Below, piece after piece: positions 57,920 through 64,000 of a DNA stretch of 64,000 nt. The DNA is from an uncultured Acidobacteriota bacterium (GTDB lineage Bacteria > Acidobacteriota > Vicinamibacteria > Vicinamibacterales > Fen-181). The DNA is taken from contig CAWJPZ010000003.1 in assembly GCA_963844875.1 (NCBI GenBank), positions 645,200 to 709,199 of the forward strand, given 5' to 3'. The translations under genes were made by a program, and so were the position numbers. The notes under the pieces were generated by a model. It was not told where the DNA came from, searched no databases, and saw only the letters and a program-made list of their open reading frames with translations. Every line of letters starts with the position of its first letter. The stretch's first letter is position 1.

Positions 57920-58879
57920 TCAGTGCCCGCCGGCCTGGATGCGCCTGACGTCCTCCAGGATCGCGTCCGCGCCCCCGGCCACGAGCTGTTGCGCCACCCT
58001 GGTGCCCAGCGCCGCCGCTTCGAGGAGCGGCGCCCGGTCGCGGGCGCGCACGGCACGGTGCCCGTCCAACGAGACTACCACCGCTCGCAAGTCGAGGTCA
58101 TCGCCGTCCGGCACGGCCACGGCGCCGATCGGCGTCTGGCAACCGCCGCCGAGGGCGGCCACCAATGCCCGCTCGGCAGCGACCGCCCGAGCCGTCAGTG
58201 GGTGGTCAATCGCCGCGAGGGCCTGGCGGACCGCGTCGTCGCCGGCGCGGTACTCGATCGCAATCGCTCCCTGCCCCGGCGCCGGCACGCACGCGTCCAG
58301 CGGGACCGTGAAGGAAATGCGGTCCGTGAACCCGAGGCGCCGCATGCCGGCGGCCGCCAGCACCAGCGCGTCGTAGTTGCCTCCGTCGAGCTTTCGGAGG
58401 CGGGTGTCGAGGTTCCCCCGGATCGGGATGAACGCCGCACCCGGGAGCAGGCGCACCAGTTCGGCGATCCGCCGCACGCTGCTGGTGCCGATGCGGGCGT
58501 CGGGGCCGAGCGCGCGGAGCAGGTCCTCCAGCGTCGCCGGCGGCGCGGCACCCGCCGGCAGCGCGATCACGTCCCGGGGATCCTCGCGGGGCAGGACGGC
58601 GCCAATCGTCAGGCCGTCCGGGAGCACCGCGGGCATGTCCTTGCAGCTGTGGACCGCGAAGTCAACCTCGCCGCGGGTGAGCGCGTCCTCGATTTCCTTG
58701 ACGAAGAGGCGCTTCCCCCCCACCTCGGACAGCGGCGCCTCGGCCAGTTGGTCGCCGCTGGTCTTGATGACGACGATCTCGCACGGCGGGCCGCCCGCCC
58801 GCTCGACGAGCGCTGCCGCGGTTCGCGCCTGCCACAACGCCAGCTGGCTGCCACGGGTGCCTAGACGGAGTGCCTTCAC
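57920..58879 (-). CDS. hemC: Hydroxymethylbilane synthase (porphobilinogen deaminase)
   Basis: 'LRLGTRGSQLALWQA', 'GGKRLFVKEIE', 'VHSCKDMP', 'RGNLDTRL' and 'GGGCQTPIG'. The GTG overlaps the hemA stop (GTGA). Confidence 0.95.
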   Translation of the reverse strand: MKALRLGTRGSQLALWQARTAAALVERAGGPPCEIVVIKTSGDQLAEAPLSEVGGKRLFVKEIEDALTRGEVDFAVHSCKDMPAVLPDGLTIGAVLPREDPRDVIALPAGAAPPATLEDLLRALGPDARIGTSSVRRIAELVRLLPGAAFIPIRGNLDTRLRKLDGGNYDALVLAAAGMRRLGFTDRISFTVPLDACVPAPGQGAIAIEYRAGDDAVRQALAAIDHPLTARAVAAERALVAALGGGCQTPIGAVAVPDGDDLDLRAVVVSLDGHRAVRARDRAPLLEAAALGTRVAQQLVAGGADAILEDVRRIQAGGH

Positions 58880-60219
58880 GGTGTCACCGACTTCCCGGCA
58901 TCGCCGGCGCGACGCCCGGCTGGGAGACGACCCGGCTCGCCTCGGGCCGGTTCTTCGGCATCGAGCGCGAACAGCCGCGTCAGGGCGTCGGCGTACGCGC
59001 GCACTCGTTCCGGGTCGGGAGTGGACTTGAGTTGCTCGGTGGGGGTGATCAGCAGCTTCTCGATCATCAGCCGCGTGATCTCCTCGACGCGTGTCCTGGC
59101 TTCGGGCGGCAGGCCTGCGAGCTTCGGCTGCAGCCGGTCGAGCTCGCTGCGGCGAATCGCCTCGAACCGCTGCCGCAGCGCCACCACCGTCGGGATCACC
59201 CCGCGGGCGGTCAGCCAGGTTTCGAACCGCTTCACCTCGTCGGCGACAATCGCCTCGGCGCGCACCACCTCGGCCGCGCGGCGCGTCAGGTTCTCCTGCA
59301 CCACCGTCTGGAGGTCGTCGATGTTGTAGAGGAACACCGAGTCGAGGTCGCCGACAGCGGGTTCGACGTCGCGGGGCAAGGCGATGTCGATCAGGAACAG
59401 CGGCCGGTTTCGGCGGCCGCGCATCACCGACGCGACCTCCTGGCGCATGAGGATCGGCAGCGGCGCGCCCGTGGCGGTGATCACGATGTCCGCGTGCGAC
59501 AGGCTGTCGAGCAGATCCGTCCAGGGAACCGGCTGGCCGCCGATCGACTCGGCCAAAGAGGTGGCGTGCGCCAGCGTCCGGCTGGTGATGATCATCCGGC
59601 CGACGCCTTGCGCCTTCAGGTGCTGCGCGGTCAGCTTGCCCATCTCGCCGGCGCCGATGACCAGCACCGTCCGGCCGGCGAGGTCCCCGAAGATCTTCTT
59701 CGCCAGGGCGGTTGCCGCGAAGCTGACCGACACCGCCCCTTCGGACAGCCCCGTCTCCGTCCGCACCCGCTTGCCGACCGTGAACGACCAGGGGAAGACC
59801 TTGTTCAGGACCGGGCCGGCGGTTCCGCGCTCCGCCGCCGCGGAGAAGGCGTCCTTTACCTGGCCGAGGATCTGCGGTTCTCCGACGACCAGCGAGTCGA
59901 GGCCGCCGGCGACGCGGAACAGGTGGTGCGCCGCGGCCCCGTCCACCAGTTCGTAGAGGTGCGGGACGACCGCGTCCGCCTCGAGCCCGTGGTACTCCGC
60001 CAGGAATGCCAGGAGGTCGGAGCGCGCCGCGTCGACCTCGTCGCAGGCGACGTAGATTTCGGCCCGGTTGCACGTGGACAGGACGACCGCCTCGCCGGTG
60101 CTCGGCCTCGCCGAGAGTGCGGCGAGCGCCGTGTCGAGGCCGCGCGCCGCGAAGTCCAGGCGCTCCCGCACCTCGACGGGCGTCGTCCGGTGGCTGACTC
60201 CAAGAAGGAACAAGTGCAT
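58876..60219 (-). CDS. hemA: Glutamyl-tRNA reductase
   Basis: 'LLGVSHRTTPVEVRE', 'VVLSTCNRAEIY', 'HLFRVAGGLDSLVVGEPQILGQVK' and 'GAGEMG'. Confidence 0.95.
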   Translation of the reverse strand: MHLFLLGVSHRTTPVEVRERLDFAARGLDTALAALSARPSTGEAVVLSTCNRAEIYVACDEVDAARSDLLAFLAEYHGLEADAVVPHLYELVDGAAAHHLFRVAGGLDSLVVGEPQILGQVKDAFSAAAERGTAGPVLNKVFPWSFTVGKRVRTETGLSEGAVSVSFAATALAKKIFGDLAGRTVLVIGAGEMGKLTAQHLKAQGVGRMIITSRTLAHATSLAESIGGQPVPWTDLLDSLSHADIVITATGAPLPILMRQEVASVMRGRRNRPLFLIDIALPRDVEPAVGDLDSVFLYNIDDLQTVVQENLTRRAAEVVRAEAIVADEVKRFETWLTARGVIPTVVALRQRFEAIRRSELDRLQPKLAGLPPEARTRVEEITRLMIEKLLITPTEQLKSTPDPERVRAYADALTRLFALDAEEPARGEPGRLPAGRRAGDAGKSVTP

Positions 60220-60229
60220 TCGGCGACCT

Positions 60230-61065
60230 CTACCCCCCGAAGTTGTGGCTGCGGGTCAGGAAGTAGCCGATGGGCACGAAGTTGAACAGCACGATGGCAA
60301 ACCCAAGGGCCGACAGGTAGGCGGCGCGCTTCGCGCCCCAGCCGAGCCGGCGGGTGTAGAGCGCGAACGTGTAGACCGCCCAGCAGACGGCGGCGCCGAG
60401 AATCTTCGGGTCGGCCAGCGACATCGCCTGGACCCTGGGGTCGAAGACCGGGCCGCTCTTGGCCTCGGCCGCCCAGATGGTGCCCACGAGCACGCCGACG
60501 GTCAGGAAGATCCAGCCGACCGTCACGCTGCGCGCGTTCATGAGGTCGAGCGAGTCGAGCGAGGGCAGGCGCTTGTAGAAGAAGCCCAGGTGCTTCGCCT
60601 TGATTTCCTTGAACAACAGCACGTAAGTGATCCCGATGACGCACGCGAGCGCGAAGCTGGCGTAGGCAAAGAGCAGCGACGCCACGTGGACGCCGAACCA
60701 GAGGGCTTTCGAGGATCGGCACGCGGCGCTCCACCACCGGGTTCAACGCCCGGATGGTCTGCAGCGCGACGAGCAGCGGGACGATGAAGACGCCGAGCGC
60801 GCGCTCCTCGGTCGTCATCTCCATGTAGAGATACGCGAGGGCGAGCAGCCAGACGAACGTCGAGATCGCCTGCGTCGTGCCCGCAATCGGCACGTGTCCC
60901 GCCTCCATCGTCTGCATGCCGATGACGAAGGTGTGGGCGAGGGCGCCGGCCGCAAGGAAGGCGGTCGCGGCGCGGCCGACCCCCGCATTCCGCGTGGCGA
61001 AGTGAATGGCGTAGAGGACGCCGGCCACGGTACACGACGAGGGGAAACACATTGGCGTTCAACAT
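60230..61065 (-). CDS. Cytochrome c assembly family (CcsA/HemX-like) membrane protein, with the frame broken near 60698-60706 and possibly again at about 61029
   Basis: The C-terminal part is the 60230..60685 ORF ('WIFLTVGVLVGTIWA...'). The middle part is in the 59856..61052 frame. The ATG 61065 frame ('MLNANVFPLVVY') joins that frame if one base next to GTAC 61030-61033 is removed. It sits in the HemX position beside hemA. Confidence 0.65.
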
Positions 61066-61071
61066 ACGATC

Positions 61072-62097
61072 TCACCCGGGGGTTGCAGGCTGAGCGGGCA
61101 GGCACCAGCCGCGGCACCTTCGCTTCGGCCCGTAGTATCCCTGTTTGGTCCTCGCCGAGACGCCCTCGCGGTCGACGCGGACGGCGATCCGACGCCAGGC
61201 CCCGTCCCGCTTGGTGTTCTTCGAAACGTAGCCGAGCGAGTACTGGCTGGCGAGCTCGTCCGCGATCTGCGTGTAGACGCCTGCCAGGTCCTCGATGCGC
61301 GCGGGGAAGAACGACCCGCCCCCCGGTCTCCTGCGCGAGCTGCCGCAGGACGAAGTCGGCTTCCTTGAACCCCTTGGCCGCCATCTCGTCCTTCGTCCGG
61401 AGGCCGATCGAGTAAATCACGGTTTCCGACCGCTTGGCGAGGTCGAGCACCTCGTCGTAGGTGACCAGGCTCGACGTATCCTCGCCGTCGGACACCACGA
61501 CGATGGCCTGCCGCCGGATCTCCTGCTCGCTCGTCGCCCGGGTCTTCTTCAGTTCCTTCAGCGAGATGTAGATCGCGTTGTACAGCGACGTCGATCCGCC
61601 GGCAGTCGTCCGGCGAATCGCCTGTTCGAGCGCCTCGCGGTCGTTGGTGAAACCCTGGAGGACCTCACCTCGCGGTCGAAGTCAATCAGCTCGCCGAGGT
61701 CGTTTCCGCGCAGCCGTCGCGCGAAGCCAATCGCGGCTTCCTGCGCCGTCCCAATCCGGTCTTCCATGCTGGCGCTGGTGTCGAGCAGCAGCGACAGGGC
61801 GATTGGCAGGCTCGTCCGGCTGAAGAAGGTCACGTCCTGCTTCACGCCGTCCTCGAAGACGCCGAACCAATCGGGGGTGAGGTCGGTCACGTACCTCCCG
61901 GAGGAGTCGGTGACCGTCACGTTCAGCGACACGATGTCGACGCCCGCGCGGAAGGAGGGCAGCTGCTGGACAGGCGCCCCGCTCCTCGGGGGCGGCGCCT
62001 GCGCCCGCACCCCGGCCGTCGGCCCGGCCGCGAAGACGAACGCCGCCAGCATGAGCAGGCCGGCCGCCGCCGCCGTGCCCGCGCGTCCGCGTCCCAC
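61072..62097 (-). CDS. VWA-domain protein (TIGR03436 'VWFA-related acidobacterial' type), with two frame breaks (about 61664 and about 61312-61325)
   Basis: A signal peptide and 'FRAGVDIVSLNVTVTDSSGRYVTDLTPDWFGVFEDGVKQ...LLLDTSASM' (61558..62097 frame). Then 'VLQGFTNDREALEQAI...LYNAI' and 'VVVSDGEDTSS' (60815..61498 frame). Then 'RSFFPARIEDLAGVYTQIADELASQY' in a third frame, with the stop at 61072. Confidence 0.75.
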
Positions 62098-62104
62098 GGT
62101 TCCC

Positions 62105-63043
62105 TTACCTGCCGCCCTTGGCGGGCGTCGTCCTGGCGGGCGTGCCGCGCACCGTGAAGCCTGCCTGGCGGACGCTCACTTCGACCTTCTGCGGAGGGAT
62201 GATCCGTTCCGGACGGAAGTACGTCACCCGGTACTGCTTCGCCAGTTGGTCCGCCAGCTTCGCGAGCGCGCCGTCGAGCGCCATGCTGCTGAGCAGCGGG
62301 AAGCGGGCGCCGCCGCTCGCGCGCGTCGCGGCGTCGATGAACTGCTCCCGGTTCCGCTGACCCGGGTCGGCCAGGTTGGGCGGGCGGACGTCGAACGACA
62401 TCACGTCGAGCGTCGCGCCGCTGTCGACTACCTCCGGGATGAAGTCGCGGTAGTTCCGCTCGGTGAACTCGGCGCCGCCGGCGGTGATCACGAGGATCAA
62501 GCCGCGTTCGAACTCCCGCTTGCGGAGGGCCTTGCACGTGTCCTCGACCGCCTGGAGCATATACGAACCGCTGCCTTGCGCGGCGAACACGCGGTCGGTC
62601 CCCTTCAGCAGGGAGGGCACGTCGAGCGTGTAATCGGTCAGCGTCGTCGGCCGCTCGCCGAACCCCATGATCGCCATGGGGTTCTTGCCGCCGACGTTCT
62701 TGACGAACGTCGTCAGCCGCCCTGCGCATGTCGGCGATGTACTCGTTGGCCGCCTGGGAGGTGTCCACGAGCACCGCAATCGTCACCGGTTCGGTGGCCT
62801 TGTCCGCGCGCAGGACCTCCCGGGCCACGCCGTCCTCGCGGATGATGAAGTCGGCCGGCGCGAGGGGATCGACCGGGTTCCCTTCCTTGTCGAGCACCGT
62901 CACGAACATGGCCCGCTCCCGGGCTTCGAGGGTTGCGCCTGCGCCTGCCCCGGGCCGGCGGCAGCGGCCAGGCCGAGACAGGACGCGAGCACAAGGGTCG
63001 CGACGGCGAGGGCCGTCCAGCGACAGCGCGTGACGCTATGCAT
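62105..63043 (-). CDS. Second VWA-domain protein of the same family, with two frame breaks (about 62908-62918 and about 62715-62725)
   Basis: A signal peptide from ATG 63043 ('MHSVTRCRWTALAVATLVLASC...'). Then 'MFVTVLDKEGNPVDPLAPADFIIREDGVA...VLVDTSQA' (61923..62909 frame). Then 'LTTFVKNVGGKNPMAIMGFGERP...ILVITAGG...' (62105..62779 frame). Confidence 0.7.
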
Positions 63044-63188
63044 GGGGATTCTCCGGTGAAGTGGACACTGGCTCAGTTCAGTATAGGGCCCGGCTCCGAG
63101 CGAGCGTCAAGGCGGCAGCGGCCGAAAACTCTTTCATATTCAAACACTTGCGGCTTTGATTCGCCCCCCTTTCACGGCGGCAGGTTCC

Positions 63189-63217
63189 TTGACACCCCGG
63201 GGGCCGCGTGCTATAAA
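63189..63217 (+). promoter_or_regulatory. Near-consensus sigma70 promoter: TTGACA-17 nt-TATAAA
   Basis: TTGACA at 63189-63194, exactly 17 nt (63195-63211), then TATAAA at 63212-63217. It lies about 200 nt upstream of nuoA in an otherwise non-coding gap. Confidence 0.55.
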
Positions 63218-63416
63218 CTCCCGTTGTTCTTCGCTCGAACATTGCCGCCCGTCAGCGTCCGCCCGCGCGGATGCGCGGACGGCTCGGTGTGAGTGAGAGC
63301 CCCGCCCCTCGCCTCGGGGGCTGCAACCCGGTTACATCGCAGATTATCTAGGGCTGGCGCGGCGTTCCTCCGCTGGGGATGCCTCGGTCTTCAAGTCCCG
63401 TCGGCGGCACTGGACC

Positions 63417-63774
63417 ATGCTCGAAGCCTACATTCCGGTCGTGCTCTTCATCCTGGTGGCGATTGGCTTCGCCATCGTGGCGCTGTTGATGGCCTGGCTC
63501 GTCCGGCCCGAGCGCTACAACAAGGTCAAGCTCGAGCCCTACGAGTGCGGGATCGAGACCGCGCGGGGACGCCCGCGACCGCTACAGCATCCGCTACTAC
63601 ATCATCGCGATGCTGTTCGTGGTCTTCGACGTGGAAACGGTATTCATGTTCCCGTGGGCGGTCATCATGGGGCAGCTCAAGTTGTTCGGGCTGATCGAGA
63701 TGGCCGTGTTCATCCTCATCCTCGTCGTCGGCTACGCCTACGCCTGGAAGCAGGGCGCGCTCGAATGGGCGTGA
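63417..63774 (+). CDS. nuoA: NADH-quinone oxidoreductase subunit A, with the frame broken once at about 63560-63567
   Basis: 'MLEAYIPVVLFILVAIGFAIV...KLEPYECGIET' is followed, after a 1-nt shift, by 'GDARDRYSIRYYIIAMLFVVFDVETVFMFPWAV...GYAYAWKQGALEWA', with the stop at 63772-63774. Confidence 0.85.
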
Positions 63775-63828
63775 GGCCCCTGGCGAAAACCGGGCAGCGC
63801 GGCGGCCGCGTCACACGAAACGATTTCC

Positions 63829-64000
63829 ATGGCTGATATCGACAACACGGAACCTGCGGCCGGGACGCCTCCTGCCGCCGCGGCCCCTGCCGCACCGAAG
63901 CCCGCTGCCGCCAAGGCACCGGCTGCCGCGGCGCCGAAGGCTCCCCCGGCGCCTCCCGGGCCGCCGGACCCGCCGCCTCCAGCCGATGTGACGCTTCCCG
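63829..64000 (+). CDS. 5' part of an ORF with an Ala/Pro-rich N-terminus (possibly the next nuo subunit); runs off the window
   Basis: ATG 63829, then 'MADIDNTEPAAGTPPAAAAPAAPKPAAAKAP...', open to the end of the window. Only position supports a nuo assignment. Confidence 0.3.
   Translation, partial: MADIDNTEPAAGTPPAAAAPAAPKPAAAKAPAAAAPKAPPAPPGPPDPPPPADVTLP

Noticed and set aside
63060-63188. The relatively AT-rich stretch upstream of the nuoA promoter as a small gene or ncRNA.
   Set aside because: It has no ORF with an SD, no recognisable RNA family features and no flanking terminator. It is probably promoter-upstream DNA or regulator-binding DNA.

Overview
This is a visibly GC-rich bacterial chromosomal segment packed almost end to end with housekeeping genes. 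The gene content (two tandem TIGR03436-type 'acidobacterial VWFA' proteins, a GldG/DUF4340 ABC module, a cobA-hemD fusion) suggests Acidobacteriota, but that is inference only.

Gene order, left to right:
- GNAT, queA, a conserved hypothetical, tRNA(CAU), tilS-ftsH-folP-cdaA-cdaR-glmM-pdxJ.
- Hydrolase, TPR and YHS small genes, a 2-hydroxyacid dehydrogenase, nth.
- On the minus strand, degT-like, DUF72 and queE; divergently, an ArsC-family gene and queC, then alaX.
- On the minus strand, dacB, DUF4340, gldG-like, ABC-2 permease and ATPase; divergently, arsR and a P1B-ATPase.
- CNNM/CorC, REC-PilZ, lysW-like plus larE-like, a methyltransferase, pal.
- pyrK-pyrD-pyrF on the minus strand, an AlkP-family membrane protein, pyrR-pyrB-pyrC-TIGR02757.
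- Two glycosyltransferases, a TolC-like protein, pyrE, truA, uppS-cdsA-dxr-rseP, ispG, a hypothetical.
- The hem cluster on the minus strand (ccsA-like, hemA, hemC, cobA/hemD, hemB, hemL), preceded by two VWA paralogues; then nuoA and a partial ORF.

The very long ORFs in the track that lie antisense to or out of frame with these genes are GC-driven shadow ORFs.

Most noteworthy observations:
1. An in-frame TGA sits exactly at the first Cys of the CxxC motif of the ArsC/YffB-family gene between queE and queC. It has a strong SD upstream and a SECIS-like hairpin downstream, making it a candidate selenoprotein.
2. A LysW-like zinc-ribbon carrier protein with an unusually long acidic tail is translationally coupled (GTGA) to a LarE-like PP-loop enzyme, and no lysX/Z/Y/J/K genes are nearby.
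3. At least 14 single-nucleotide frame breaks occur in 12 otherwise conserved genes. Several lie directly beside GTAC, and many cluster at 60.6-63.6 kb. The most likely cause is consensus or assembly indels, possibly at a methylated motif.
4. Several families of intergenic repeats are present: heptad-based palindromes, a 20-nt tandem array and REP-like perfect hairpins.

I saw no mobile elements, CRISPR array, prophage or defence island. All functional calls rest on my own recognition of motifs and synteny; I ran no searches.
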